Assembly (NCBI GenBank): GCA_963716255.1
Contig: OY970303.1
Coordinates: 8,192,001-8,256,000 of the forward strand
DNA from: an uncultured Gemmatimonadales bacterium
GTDB lineage: Bacteria > Gemmatimonadota > Gemmatimonadetes > Longimicrobiales > Longimicrobiaceae
Direction: 5' to 3'
DNA: 64,000 bases
In this document: positions 41,301 through 51,905 of the stretch, in pieces
How the letters are laid out: each line of letters starts with the position of its first letter
Numbering within the stretch: position 1 is the stretch's first letter
Notes under the pieces: model-generated
Database searches by the model: none
What the model saw: the letters and a program-made list of their open reading frames with translations, nothing else
Told to the model about the DNA's origin: nothing
Made by a program: the position numbers and the translations under genes

Positions 41301-41517
41301 GGGGACGGTTCGGCGGGGATGCCCATCGCCGCGGCGGGCGGGCGGGGGCGACGGTCCGACCGCCCCGGAGAGCACCGCGCGGGTGTCCCCCCACCGTGGG
41401 GCGGCCGTGGCGCACACTCGGGACGCAGTGGCCGCCGGCGTGGCGTGGCGGGAGACGGGACTGCGGCCCGGCAGGAGCCCCGGACGGCTGCCCCCCGAGC
41501 CGGACCCCCGGCGGCTT

Positions 41518-42063
41518 TCAAGCCGCCGGCGGAGGCCTCGCCCTCGCGTACTCCGCAGCACGGGCTCCCTGCTGGCGCCGGTCCCCAGCCGCCACCATGC
41601 GGAACACCCCTCCCTCGACCCCCACCCACACTCCACGGCGGTCGATCCCCCACGTGCCCGCGCGGCCCTCGCCGTCCCGCACGAAGCGGGCGGCGCCCGC
41701 GGAGGCGCTCCCGAGAGCCGCGCGCCGGACCGGCGCCGCGAAGCGGAGCGTGTGTCCCTCCCGCCCCCCCAGCGGGTCGGGCCAGACCGCGATCACCAGC
41801 GCGGCGAACACCGCGGCGAGCACCATCGCCGCCGTGAGCGCTCCGCGAGGGGCCTCCTCCAGCACTCGCTCCGCACCCGTGGTCGTGCCGCCCCCTCTCC
41901 CGTCGGCGGCGAACGGGTCGCCGCCGGCATACCGGGCGAGAAGGAGAGTCAGGACCAGAACCGCCGTGTCGCGGGCGACCCGCGGGCGTGCCGCGGAGAG
42001 CCAGCGGAACCGCTTCCCCGGTCCCGTGGCCGTCCGGGCGCGGAGGGGGGAGGAGCCTGCCAC
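41518..42063 (-). CDS. Hypothetical membrane protein
   Basis: Two hydrophobic stretches; follows the DUF1269-like gene; start uncertain. Confidence 0.35.
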   Translation of the reverse strand: MAGSSPLRARTATGPGKRFRWLSAARPRVARDTAVLVLTLLLARYAGGDPFAADGRGGGTTTGAERVLEEAPRGALTAAMVLAAVFAALVIAVWPDPLGGREGHTLRFAAPVRRAALGSASAGAARFVRDGEGRAGTWGIDRRGVWVGVEGGVFRMVAAGDRRQQGARAAEYARARPPPAA

Positions 42064-42079
42064 GTGAGGAACCCGACGT

Positions 42080-42742
42080 TCAGGCGGCGATCGTCGCGGC
42101 CGGCGGCGAGGCCGCTCCCGCGGAGCTCGAGCCCGCGCCGACCGTAGGCCCGCCGCGCAGGACGGCGGCTGCCCTCGCCCGCACGCCGACGTGCTCCACG
42201 TACGCCGCGACGCCGCTGCCGCTGCCTCTGCCGCTCCGCAGGTACGACAGCGAGCCGAAGTCGAGGAGCTCCCGGGCAGCCCCGCCCGGGAGCCACTCCA
42301 GGACCACGCCGCACGCCCGCCGCGCAAGATCCCCGGTGATGGGCGCTGCCCAATCTCCCTGAACCAGCGCCACCAGCACCGAGCTCCCGGGGAGCAGCCC
42401 GGCGCCAAGCGCACGCAGCCGACCGCCGGGGAAGCCGGTGGCCTCCAGGCGCCCCGCCAGCTCTCCGACCACGTCGCCACCGAGCGCCTCCCACTGTGCC
42501 GGACCCGCCACCAGGCCGCCCGCCCCCGCCGTCGCGGCCAACACCATCAGCCCTCGCCGGCGGTAGGTGCGGGCCGCATCACACAGCGCCAGCCGGCCGC
42601 ACTCGTCGCGGCCCAGTACGGCGGCGTCCACGAACCCCACCAGCGCCCGGGTCTGGCTCGCCCGCAGCCGCTGGAGCGCATGCGAGGCGCCCGCCGCGTC
42701 CGCGAATGCGGCCGCAACCACTCCCACCGTTTGCACGTCCAT
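42080..42742 (-). CDS. DUF1269-like membrane protein
   Basis: AAF...DAAVLGRDECGRL, glycine-rich TM, LLPGSSVLVAL. Confidence 0.6.
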   Translation of the reverse strand: MDVQTVGVVAAAFADAAGASHALQRLRASQTRALVGFVDAAVLGRDECGRLALCDAARTYRRRGLMVLAATAGAGGLVAGPAQWEALGGDVVGELAGRLEATGFPGGRLRALGAGLLPGSSVLVALVQGDWAAPITGDLARRACGVVLEWLPGGAARELLDFGSLSYLRSGRGSGSGVAAYVEHVGVRARAAAVLRGGPTVGAGSSSAGAASPPAATIAA

Positions 42743-42755
42743 GACATCCTCCTGG

Positions 42756-43178
42756 TCATGAAGCCGTTTCCGCCGGGACGCAGTGGAGACGTTCCATCTC
42801 TCCACGCGCCCGCTCCACGTCGCCCACGTACACCTGGATCACGGCCGCCTTCTCCTCCAGGGCCGCACCGTCCGGCAGCGGCTGTACGACCTGCTCCAGC
42901 CCGCCGAACGCCGCCTCCAGCCTGTCGGTGCGCGTTCCGTCCAGCGCCCGCGCGGCCTCGTACACGCCGCCCAGCCCGGAACGGACGCGGTCGAGGCCCC
43001 CCCGAACCTGCTCCGCCGTCGTGGCGGGCGTCATCGGCGGCAGCCCGGCGAGCACCTCCTGGAGCTCGTCCAGCGCCGCGCACAGCCGGGCCTCCGCCTC
43101 GCGGGTGGAACCAGCCCCGCTGCACCCCGCCAGGACCAGGGCGGACGCAGCAGCGCCCAGCATCGTCCACTTCCTCAT
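42756..43178 (-). CDS. Hypothetical lipoprotein
   Basis: MRKW...LAGC lipobox; GAGGA RBS. Confidence 0.7.
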   Translation of the reverse strand: MRKWTMLGAAASALVLAGCSGAGSTREAEARLCAALDELQEVLAGLPPMTPATTAEQVRGGLDRVRSGLGGVYEAARALDGTRTDRLEAAFGGLEQVVQPLPDGAALEEKAAVIQVYVGDVERARGEMERLHCVPAETAS

Positions 43179-43341
43179 GCTCTTCCTCCTCGTGGATCCC
43201 GCGTCGGCGGACACGGCGCCCCGTGCGAACGCCGGAGGACTTCGCGGAGACTCTCGGGCGTCCTCGTCCGGGCTCGAGGCCCTCCGGACACGCCGGGGGT
43301 GCGTCCGGTCCTGACTCCAGGCTAATGGACGGCCAGAATGC

Positions 43342-43447
43342 GGTATTGGACGAAGTTGGCCTCCCGTGGAGTCGGATATTCCGCGGTCGCGCCCGACGGG
43401 GCGGCGACGGACATTCGGAGCGGGAGGGGGCAAGAACGTCCAATACC
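43342..43447. promoter_or_regulatory. Back-to-back pair of CAA-N7-CAA(G/T)ACC promoter motifs
   Basis: GGTATTGGACGAAGTTG (43342, minus) and CAAGAACGTCCAATACC (43431, plus); two of 11 copies in 40.6-63.8 kb. Confidence 0.7.
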
Positions 43448-43929
43448 GGCGGGAGCTGCGGGAGCACGTTGGTGGCAGGCGCCGCACCGGGGCCGGCTCG
43501 GGGTGAAGCGCCGGAAGGCACGGTCGGGGGCAGGGTGCCCCCCGCGCGCGAGGCGGAGCGCAGCAGGCTTCGGATCTCTCTCGTAGCTCTCTCATCCCAC
43601 CGCGCCGAGGCCCACGCCGGGCGGGCACCCTACTCCGCGTCGCCGGGTCGCTGGCATGGGACGCGGACGCCTCCGCGGGATCGATCCCCGTTCCACCCGG
43701 CTCGGCGCCAGCCGCCGGGGTTCAGCTCATCCGCCGGACCGCGACGATCGAGGAACGAGGCCGGTGCGCGGATCCCGTCAAGATCGTCCAAGACCCCATT
43801 TTGGCCGCAGACCACCTTTCTGCCTCACCGCGACACTGCGGTGGGCCTGGAGGGCCCCATCCCCCCAGCCCCTCCATGGCACCCGGGCGCCGCCGTCGCA
43901 CGCCCGCGAGAGAGCGCAAGGAGGTAGCC

Positions 43930-44535
43930 GTGTCCACGATCGTGCACCCGTCCGCGCCCGACCGCCACGCCGAGGCCGAGCTGTGGGGGCACCAGGAATG
44001 GTTCATGGTGCTTGGCTGCACCCTGATGCTCCTCGGGCTGGTCGGCGTCGGCGCCACCCTGCTCACCACCCTGTCCACTCCCTTCTTCCTCGGCTGGCTG
44101 ATGCTGGCCGGGGGGCTGGTTAACCTCTTCAACGGCTGCCGCTTCTGGGGGCGGGCCTGGGCGAGCTTTCTCCCGTCGGCTCTGGTGGGACTGACCTACG
44201 CAGTCGCGGGGGCGCTGGTGATGGTCGGCCCGGGGGAAGACGCCGCTGCGCTGAGGCTGCTCCTGTCCGACTCCATGGTGCTGGTGGGCGTCTTCCGCAT
44301 CCTCGCCGCCGCGGCGGGATGGGCGCCGGGGTGTCCCTGGACGCTGGTGTACGGCATGGGCACCCTGGCCATCGGGGTCCTGATCCGGCTGGGGCTGCCG
44401 GAGTCGGGGCTCTGGACCGCCGGCATCTTCGTGGGGGTGGATCTGCTCGTCGGCGGATGGGCGTTCGTGGCGGCCGCCGCAACCGAGGGCGGCGCGCCGC
44501 CCTCGCCGCCGCCCGGCGGGGCCGCCCACGGGTAG
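43930..44535 (+). CDS. HdeD/DUF308 family membrane protein
   Basis: WFMVLG...LGWLML...GVFRI...WTAGIFVGVDLLVGGW; multi-TM. Confidence 0.82.
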   Translation: MSTIVHPSAPDRHAEAELWGHQEWFMVLGCTLMLLGLVGVGATLLTTLSTPFFLGWLMLAGGLVNLFNGCRFWGRAWASFLPSALVGLTYAVAGALVMVGPGEDAAALRLLLSDSMVLVGVFRILAAAAGWAPGCPWTLVYGMGTLAIGVLIRLGLPESGLWTAGIFVGVDLLVGGWAFVAAAATEGGAPPSPPPGGAAHG

Positions 44536-44830
44536 GAGCCGGGAGAGCCCGGGGCAACCGGCGGCGCGGACAAGATCGTACAAGACCGCGCCCCGCGGCC
44601 GGGCCATCCTTGGTGCAGGCGCAGGGCTGCGTGGGGGTACCCGTACCGGTGGGGCGGACGGGTCGGATGGGACGGGGCCCCCCGCAGCTTCTGCATGCCG
44701 CCGTATGCTCTCCTCGGCGCCAACTTCTTCCAAGACCCCTTTCCGCACCTCCCCGAGATTCACCAGCAGGAAGCCGCAGGCCGCCGGACCCGCTCCGCCG
44801 CGGCCGCGTACCCCCGCGGAGGTGGTTGGA

Positions 44831-47782
44831 ATGCGCGAGGCAGCGGAAGATGCGGAAGGCACGGGCTCGGCGGTGCAGCAGATCCCCGCCTTCGACCACG
44901 TGGTGAACCTCGCATGCCGGGTGCTCAAGGTTCCCACGGCTCTGCTCACCCTGCGCGAGGCGTGCGAGGAGCGGATCGCGGCCCGCACGGGGGCGCGGGG
45001 CACTCTCCGGACCCTGGAGGCCCTGCCCCTCACCCCCTATTTCGAGGGCGGCGGCGGGCAGGAGGCGCCGCACTCGCTGGTGGTCCGCGACGCCCGCCGG
45101 GACGCCCGGGTGCGGGGCGACCGCGCGCTGGCGGAAGCGGGGGTCGTCGCCTGCATGGCCTTTCCGCTCCACTCCGCGTCGGGACGGCCGGTCGGCGTGC
45201 TGTGCGCCATGGACTACCTCCCCCGCCGCTGGGTGCGCGACGAGACCCGCGTGATGGCCGAACTGGCGGCGCTCGCGGATTCGGAGGTGCAGCTCCACGA
45301 ATGGCGCCGCGCCACGGAAGGGCTGTCGGAGTCGCTGACGGAGCGCGACACCGCGCTCTCCCGCGCCGAGCTGCTCCGCCTGCTCGCGGAGCAGCCGCTG
45401 TCCGCCCTGTTCGTGCTGGAAGAGGGAACGATCACCTTCGCCAGTCCCGGGCTCCGGATACTCCTGGGACACACACCCCATCAGGAGGCGCCCACGATGT
45501 CCGCTCCGCTCCGGCTGTTCGACCCGAACTCGGCCACAAGGATCGAGCAGCAGCTCGTCGACGGGGACGGCGCATCGCTGTCCCTGTGCACCTCCGTCGC
45601 GGCCGGCGAGGACGACGGCCGGGTTCTCCGGCTGGAGGTCCGGCTGGACCACGTCGCGCTTGGTGACCGCTTCGCGGTGGTCGGATCGGTGGTGGACTGC
45701 GACGAGCCGGCCCGGTACGCCGAGGCGCTGCGGGCCGACGGGGACCGCTACCGGCGCGTGTTCGACGACGCCCCCGACGGAATCGCCATCGCCGGCCCGG
45801 ACGGGAGGATCCTGGCCTGCAATCCCCAGTTCGTCCGCGTCACCGGCTACCCGTCCGTGCGCGAGGCGGTTGGGCAGAGCCTCCTGCAGCTGGAAGCGGA
45901 GCCGGGGGAGTTCGCCGCACTGGTGCAGCGCATCCGCGACGAGCGGGTCGTCGCCCCCGAGGAGATCGACGTGGTCCGCCGTGACGGCACCCCCCTGCGG
46001 GTGGTGGCGCAGGTCACGGGGAGCTTCGACGCCACGGGGAGCCCGACGGAGCTGCGGGTCCACCTCCTGGACGTAACCCAGCGCGCCCGCGCCGAGGAGG
46101 CGTTGCGGGTGAGCGACGAGCGGCTGCGGCTGGTGGAGCTGGCCACCAACGATGTGCTCTGGGAGTGGAACCTGGCCACCGGCGAGCTGACCTGGAACGG
46201 CGCCGGGCCGCGGCGCTTCCTGTACGCGCCCGAGGAATTCCGTCGCTCGATCGAGTGGCAGACCGAGCGCATCCATCTCGAGGACCGCGAGCGGGTGATT
46301 CGCGGCCTGCACGCCGCCATCAACGGGGTCGGCGACGGGTGGACCGGCGAGTACCGCTTCCGCCGCGGAGACGACAGCTACGCCTCGGTGCTCGACCGCG
46401 CCTACGTGGTCCGCAACCGGCGCGGCGAGGCGGTGCGCGTCACCGGGTGGATGCTGGACGTCACCCAGTGGCGCCTCTCCGAGGAGTCGCACCGCTTCCT
46501 GTCCCGCGCCAGCGCGACGCTGGACTCCACGCTGGACGTGCGCCGCACCCTGGGGAACCTGGCGCGCGTGTGCGTACCCGACCTGGCGGACTACTGCATG
46601 ATCGACGCGGTGGACGAGGACGGCGGGATCCGCCGCGTCTCGGCGGCGCACGCCCAGGTCCGCCGCGAGCGCCACCTGGGGCACGACACGCACCATCCCC
46701 CCGACGCGGACCCCGCGCTGCACCCCGTGATCGCCGTGGTCCGCACCGGCGAGCCCCTCCTCCTCCCCGACTGCGGCGACGACGTGCGGGAGCGGCTGGA
46801 GCGCGGCGGCAACGACGCGGTGCGGAAGCTGGGGCTCCGCTCGCTGATGATCGTCCCCCTCACCGCACAGGAGCGGGTGGTCGGGGCCATCACCCTCGCC
46901 ACCTCGGAATCCGGCCGCCGCTACCACCCGGTGGACCTGGTGGTGGCGCGGGACCTGGCCCACCGCGCGGCGCTCGCCATCGCCAACTCGCAGCTCCTGG
47001 ACACCGCCGAGCGCGCCCTGCGCGCCCGCGAGGAGGTGCTGGGGGTCGTCTCCCACGACCTGCGCGGCCCGCTCAACGCCATCACCACCACCACGGGAAT
47101 GCTGCTGGAGACGGAGCCGGAGCGGCGCGAGGGAAACCGGCGCTGGCTGGAGATCGTCCAGCGCGCGGCGGAGCAGATGAACTCGCTCATCAACGACCTG
47201 CTGGACGTGTCGAGCATCGAGGCCGGACATTTCACCCTGGAGCGCTCCGTCGCCGACGTGGCCGCGGTGACCACGTCGGCGTGCGAGATGCTCCAGCCGC
47301 TGGCCGGTGCAAAACAGGTTTCGCTGGGCTGCCGCGTCACCCCCGGGACGGGCGAGCTGTGGCTGGACGCGCGCCAGCTCCAGCGCGTCCTGGCGAACCT
47401 CGTCGGCAATGCCATCAAGTTCACCCCGGCCGGCGGGGTGATCGAGCTGCGTGTCGCGGGAGTGGAGGGCGCGGTCCGCTTCGAGGTCGCCGACAGCGGC
47501 CCGGGCATCCCCGCGGACCAGATCACCCGCATCTTCGACCGGTTCTGGCAGGGCCGCATGGGCGACCGCCGGGGCGCCGGGCTGGGGCTGGCGATCGCCA
47601 AGGGGATCGTGGAGGCCCACGGCGGGCGCATCGGCGTGGAGAGCCGCGAAGGGAACGGGAGCACCTTCTTCTTCGAGGTCCCCCGCACCACTCCCGGGAG
47701 CGCGCTCCCCACGCTTCCCGTGGCCACGCCACAGCCCCACACGTCCACCGACCCTCCCGGCCCTGCGGCTGCGGCCGAGTAG
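44831..47782 (+). CDS. Cytoplasmic GAF/PAS sensor histidine kinase
   Basis: GAF, PAS/PAC repeats, second GAF, VSHDLRGPL, NLVGNAIKFT, DSGPGI, GAGLGL. Confidence 0.93.
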   Translation: MREAAEDAEGTGSAVQQIPAFDHVVNLACRVLKVPTALLTLREACEERIAARTGARGTLRTLEALPLTPYFEGGGGQEAPHSLVVRDARRDARVRGDRALAEAGVVACMAFPLHSASGRPVGVLCAMDYLPRRWVRDETRVMAELAALADSEVQLHEWRRATEGLSESLTERDTALSRAELLRLLAEQPLSALFVLEEGTITFASPGLRILLGHTPHQEAPTMSAPLRLFDPNSATRIEQQLVDGDGASLSLCTSVAAGEDDGRVLRLEVRLDHVALGDRFAVVGSVVDCDEPARYAEALRADGDRYRRVFDDAPDGIAIAGPDGRILACNPQFVRVTGYPSVREAVGQSLLQLEAEPGEFAALVQRIRDERVVAPEEIDVVRRDGTPLRVVAQVTGSFDATGSPTELRVHLLDVTQRARAEEALRVSDERLRLVELATNDVLWEWNLATGELTWNGAGPRRFLYAPEEFRRSIEWQTERIHLEDRERVIRGLHAAINGVGDGWTGEYRFRRGDDSYASVLDRAYVVRNRRGEAVRVTGWMLDVTQWRLSEESHRFLSRASATLDSTLDVRRTLGNLARVCVPDLADYCMIDAVDEDGGIRRVSAAHAQVRRERHLGHDTHHPPDADPALHPVIAVVRTGEPLLLPDCGDDVRERLERGGNDAVRKLGLRSLMIVPLTAQERVVGAITLATSESGRRYHPVDLVVARDLAHRAALAIANSQLLDTAERALRAREEVLGVVSHDLRGPLNAITTTTGMLLETEPERREGNRRWLEIVQRAAEQMNSLINDLLDVSSIEAGHFTLERSVADVAAVTTSACEMLQPLAGAKQVSLGCRVTPGTGELWLDARQLQRVLANLVGNAIKFTPAGGVIELRVAGVEGAVRFEVADSGPGIPADQITRIFDRFWQGRMGDRRGAGLGLAIAKGIVEAHGGRIGVESREGNGSTFFFEVPRTTPGSALPTLPVATPQPHTSTDPPGPAAAAE

Positions 47783-47899
47783 ACCCCCACGCCGCCTCCC
47801 GCCCAGTCCGCATGCCAACAAGGTCCAAGAGCGCCCGACGCCGCTCCGCTAGGCTTCACGGAGTCCGGAACGAGCCGGGGACCAGCGAGAGAGGCACGC

Positions 47900-48772
47900 G
47901 TGCGGATCGCAGAAGCAGGGGCGTTGTGCGGGATCCTGGTGGCGTCCGACATGGCCTGCCGGTCGCTGCGGCTGCGCCTGCTGCTTGCGCTGGCGGTGCC
48001 CGGACGGGGGATGCGGCTGCGCGACGCGCTGCTGGCCACCACCTTCGGCGACGCCGCCGCCGCGGTCACCCCCATGCGGGCCGGGGGAGGACCGGCGCGG
48101 CTCCTGGTCCTCCGCCGATCGGGGGTACGGCTCCCGGCGGCCCTCGCCGTGCTCGCCGCGGACCTCGCCGCATCGCTCGTGCTGGCGGTGCCGCTGGGGG
48201 CGCTCCTCTTCTGGCACCTGGTCCCGGACGGCGCGGCGGCGGCTCGCCGCCTGTGGGGGACCGGCCGCGCACCCCTCGTCGCCGCGGGCCTACTCGTGGC
48301 GGCGCTGGCGCTGGGGACGGCCGCGGCCCGGGTCCGCGGGTCCGCGCCGCGGCTCGTCCGCCTGGCCACGGAGGTCCGGGGGGCGCTCCGCTGGCAGCTC
48401 CTGGCATGCGTGCCGCTCACGGCCGCGAGCGTGGCGAGCCGCCTCGCGCTCCTCCCCGTGCTCCTCCAGACCCTGCCGTCCCCGGCGGCCCCGGGCGACG
48501 CGCTCCGCGCCTCCTTTCTCCTGCTGTTCGGCCAGCTCCTCGTCCCCTCGCCGTCCGGCGTGGGGGCGGTGGAGCTCGCCTTCCTGTCAGGGATGGTCGG
48601 GGACCTGGGCGGGGTCGGCCCGGCGTTCGTCCTGTGGAGAGCGTGCACGGTGGGGGTCCCGGTGACCGTGGGATTCGGCCTGGCCCTCCACGTACACGGC
48701 AGGAAGGCCGTCCTGCAGGTCCTCCGGACGCGGCGGCACCGCGGCCGCAGATCCCCGCCGGAACGGGAGTGA
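47900..48772 (+). CDS. Lysylphosphatidylglycerol synthase TM / flippase-like membrane protein
   Basis: AVTPMRAGGGP, VPSPSGVGAVELAF, LWR motifs. Confidence 0.65.
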   Translation: MRIAEAGALCGILVASDMACRSLRLRLLLALAVPGRGMRLRDALLATTFGDAAAAVTPMRAGGGPARLLVLRRSGVRLPAALAVLAADLAASLVLAVPLGALLFWHLVPDGAAAARRLWGTGRAPLVAAGLLVAALALGTAAARVRGSAPRLVRLATEVRGALRWQLLACVPLTAASVASRLALLPVLLQTLPSPAAPGDALRASFLLLFGQLLVPSPSGVGAVELAFLSGMVGDLGGVGPAFVLWRACTVGVPVTVGFGLALHVHGRKAVLQVLRTRRHRGRRSPPERE

Positions 48773-48868
48773 GGAGGCGCCCCGTGAAGGCGGGGGTGGC
48801 GCCCGCTGCGCGCGCCGCGGGAGCGCAGCACGAAGTTCACCGTGAAAACTCGTAGACGGAGGTGGAGA

Positions 48869-49282
48869 ATGCGAAATCACAAGCCGGTCGTACGGGGGAT
48901 GCTGCTGGTGCTGGTCCTGGCGCAGCCCCTCCCGGGCTGCGCCGCCGTCGCGGTGGGCGCCGCCGGCGCGGGCGCAGGGATCGCCCTGACCTCGCAGGGC
49001 GCGTCGTCGCTGGTCCAGGGCTCCATGGTGGAGGTGGACCTGCGCACGCGGGCCGTGCTCCGCGAGCTGGGCGTGGAGGTGATCAAGCAGGAGGCCGAGC
49101 AGGAGGCCAGCGGGCGCGAGGTGGAGATCAGGGGCGTCGTGGGGAACCGCCACGTCGGCGTGGAGCTGAAGTATGCGACTCCCACCACCACGCAGCTCCA
49201 CGTCTCGGTGCGGCAGGGGACGCTGGAGTGGGACAGGGACTACGCACGCGACGTGGTACAGCGCGTGGTGGCGAGCCGCTGA
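48869..49282 (+). CDS. DUF3568-like lipoprotein
   Basis: LPGCAAVAVGAAGAGAG leader; GGAG RBS. Confidence 0.65.
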   Translation: MRNHKPVVRGMLLVLVLAQPLPGCAAVAVGAAGAGAGIALTSQGASSLVQGSMVEVDLRTRAVLRELGVEVIKQEAEQEASGREVEIRGVVGNRHVGVELKYATPTTTQLHVSVRQGTLEWDRDYARDVVQRVVASR

Positions 49283-49376
49283 GGCCGACCGCCACGCTGG
49301 GACGTGAAGCGGGGTGGGGATACAATCCCCACCCCGCTTCACGCTCGTGCCGCCGCAGCCCCTCTCGCCGGCCGCT

Positions 49377-50162
49377 TCATTCACCTTCCCGGAGCCTCCA
49401 GGCTACGGGCACGGTGACTCGCACCCGCACCCGGACGCCGCCCACTCGGGCGGGCCTGAAGCGCATCATTGCGATCCCGCGCAGGGTGGGGGTGAGGAAG
49501 TCCGGGTGTGGGAGCCGGATCACCTGCACGCTCCCCGCCTCCACGCGCCCGTTGGTGCCGACGATGAAGTTGACCTCTGCGGGGCCATGGATCCCCTGGT
49601 CCTTCATGTGGTCGGGGTAGAGGTCCCCCAGCAGCCGTACGACCTCGCCCTCGTTGAGCAGCTTCGGCATTTCCCCGAGGGTCTCCGCGTCCACCACCTG
49701 CCCGGCGCCGCTCTCCTCCGCGCCGGAGCGCGAGAGCGCATCCGTGCCCGGTGTGGGACCGCCCCCCCGGATGCCGGCCGCCATGGAGAGCGGGAGGCCG
49801 CGGAGGACTTCCGGCAGCGCGCGGGCGGTCGCCGCCGGCGTGAGGTCGGGGAGTGGCGCCGCCGCCGGCGTCGGCTCGCGCTCCTCGTCCCGGGGCCCCT
49901 CGCCGCGCGTGGTCGCGGCGGCGTGAGCCGCCTTTCTCGGGGCCGGCACGGCGGGCGCATGGGAGGCGGCGGGCACGAGCTGCGGCCCGGGGAGCGCAAG
50001 GAAGGTGGCCCACTCCACCGACTCCGGCACCGGGGCGGTGCGCGGCGGGATGGCGGAGATCCCCGCGGCGAGCGCCAGGTGGGTTGCGGCGGATGCCCAG
50101 ATCCCCCACGGCTGCAGCAGGGGCGAACGGTCCGTCCTGGCGGTGTCTACCCTCTCGAACAT
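49377..50162 (-). CDS. Energy transducer TonB family protein
   Basis: SAATH TM motif, Pro/Ala linker, YP...G...FIVGTNGRV, FRPAR. Confidence 0.82.
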   Translation of the reverse strand: MFERVDTARTDRSPLLQPWGIWASAATHLALAAGISAIPPRTAPVPESVEWATFLALPGPQLVPAASHAPAVPAPRKAAHAAATTRGEGPRDEEREPTPAAAPLPDLTPAATARALPEVLRGLPLSMAAGIRGGGPTPGTDALSRSGAEESGAGQVVDAETLGEMPKLLNEGEVVRLLGDLYPDHMKDQGIHGPAEVNFIVGTNGRVEAGSVQVIRLPHPDFLTPTLRGIAMMRFRPARVGGVRVRVRVTVPVAWRLREGE

Positions 50163-50268
50163 GGTGGCTCCCCTCTACTTCTGCCGGCGCAGCCCGTCGG
50201 CTGGCGTGGTGTCGTTCACCACCGGTGGTCCCATCTTCCACACGGCAGCCGCAGCCCGTGTCTGCGGC

Positions 50269-51093
50269 TCACCCTCCCGTCGGGAACAGCAGCGTCACCC
50301 CGCTGCGCAGCCTCCACTCCGCTCCCCCGTCCCGCCGCATCACGAAGTAGCCGCCGCCGAGCTGGACGCTCAGCGGCTGGCGGCCCAGACGCACGACGTC
50401 GCTCACCAGGAGCTGGACCGGTACCGTCCACTCCTCGCCGTCGGACGCCTCCCAGTCGGCGTTCGCTTCGGAGTTGAGCGTCAGGGTGACCGACTTCGTG
50501 GCGGCGAACGCCACGAACGGCTGGAGGAGGGTCTGGTTCACGTCGGCGCGGTCGCCGTCCCCCGCGTACGACCAGAGCTGGGTGGCGAGCGCGCCGAGGG
50601 TCCATGCGCCGGCCTGCGTCAGCGCCACGGCGGTCGGCCCGGCCGACCACCTGCCGCTGCCGAGCGCCGGGTCGGTGGTCATCGGCAGCCCCAGCGCCGG
50701 TCCCGCTCCCCAGACCAGGCTCCCCGGCCGTGCCGGGGTGAAGAACCCGGACACGGTGAGGTCGCCGATGCCGAAGGCGGTCCCGGCGCCGGGGGCGAGG
50801 GGCGGCTGGCTGACGACCGGCGTGATCACCCGGAGGATCAGGTTCCAGTCCCCGCTCAACCGGAACGGCATGACGGGCTGGAAGTTGACCACCACGCGCG
50901 GGTCCGCCTCCCCCGCGCCGAACTCCCAGTTGAGCTGGAAGGGGACGCTGACCAGGGAGGACACCGGGTTGGACAGCTGCTTGGCGAGGTCCCCCCCCTG
51001 CCCTTCCTGGGCCCCCTGCTGGCCGTCGAGCGGCGCGGCCCCGAACAGGCCAGCCGCCGCGGCGAACATCATGAACGGAGCGATTCTCTTCAT
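50269..51093 (-). CDS. Outer-membrane beta-barrel ('neuromedin U'/MetA-like) protein
   Basis: LAKQLSNPVSSLVSVPFQ, FQPVMPF, GIGD, WSAGPTAV, C-terminal TLLFP. Confidence 0.8.
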   Translation of the reverse strand: MKRIAPFMMFAAAAGLFGAAPLDGQQGAQEGQGGDLAKQLSNPVSSLVSVPFQLNWEFGAGEADPRVVVNFQPVMPFRLSGDWNLILRVITPVVSQPPLAPGAGTAFGIGDLTVSGFFTPARPGSLVWGAGPALGLPMTTDPALGSGRWSAGPTAVALTQAGAWTLGALATQLWSYAGDGDRADVNQTLLQPFVAFAATKSVTLTLNSEANADWEASDGEEWTVPVQLLVSDVVRLGRQPLSVQLGGGYFVMRRDGGAEWRLRSGVTLLFPTGG

Positions 51094-51368
51094 CCCCACC
51101 TCCCGGTGCTGACGCCGGCGCCGGATGGGGCGAGTCCCCCTCCGGATACCGTCGCGGCGGTGACCGGCGCCCCGCCGTGGCGGATGCCGATCCGGATCGA
51201 TCATAGCGGGGCCGTCCCGGACCGGTCTTGGATCGTCTTGGCAGGTGGGGGAGGAGGGAAATCCGATCTCAGGAGCGGGGCTGCGCGCAGCGTGGGCGGG
51301 GGAAGAAACGAGCGCCGCGCGGACGAGGGTCGTCCGCGCGGCGAGGGTTCCGTGGGCGGAGGCGGAGG

Positions 51369-51896
51369 CTAGGTCGGGGGCGCCACCACGACGTAGGTGG
51401 TGTCGGTTCCCACGAACTGCGGCGCGTACCACGCGCTTCCGCACTGCTCGTATGCGATCCCGTTGACGACCATCGTCGTACAGCCCAACGGGAGCGTGTT
51501 GGCCACGGATCCGATCACCGCCGCGGTGGTCACCGCCGCCGCCGTGACCGCGGCCGCCGTCGCGATGGGGTGGTGGCAGCACCCGTCGTAGTCGTCGTAC
51601 CAGCCGCCGTGGTGGTTGACGTCGATGTCGCGGTTGATGTTGATGTCGCGGTTGACGTTGCGGTTCACGTCCCGGTTCCGGTTCGCGTCGAAGTTGCGCT
51701 GCACGCCCCCGCCGTTGGCTCCGGGACGCGTGCCGGTGCTCGCCCGCGCGGCCACGTGCGGGCGCGCGTTGACGCTCGCCCGCGCGCCGCCGCGGGCCGC
51801 CAGGTGTCCGCCGCCCCGGCGCTGGGCCAGGGCGTCCCCGGCGCTGAGCAGGAGCGCCAGGAGGATGCAGAGCAGGGGGTAGGGGATCTTTCTCAT
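51369..51896 (-). CDS. Secreted low-complexity protein (NVNR repeats, C-terminal Cys pair)
   Basis: Signal peptide, NRDVNRNVNRDINI tract, LPLGC...YEQCGSAWY. Confidence 0.75.
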   Translation of the reverse strand: MRKIPYPLLCILLALLLSAGDALAQRRGGGHLAARGGARASVNARPHVAARASTGTRPGANGGGVQRNFDANRNRDVNRNVNRDININRDIDVNHHGGWYDDYDGCCHHPIATAAAVTAAAVTTAAVIGSVANTLPLGCTTMVVNGIAYEQCGSAWYAPQFVGTDTTYVVVAPPT

Positions 51897-51905
51897 CTTG
51901 TCTCC

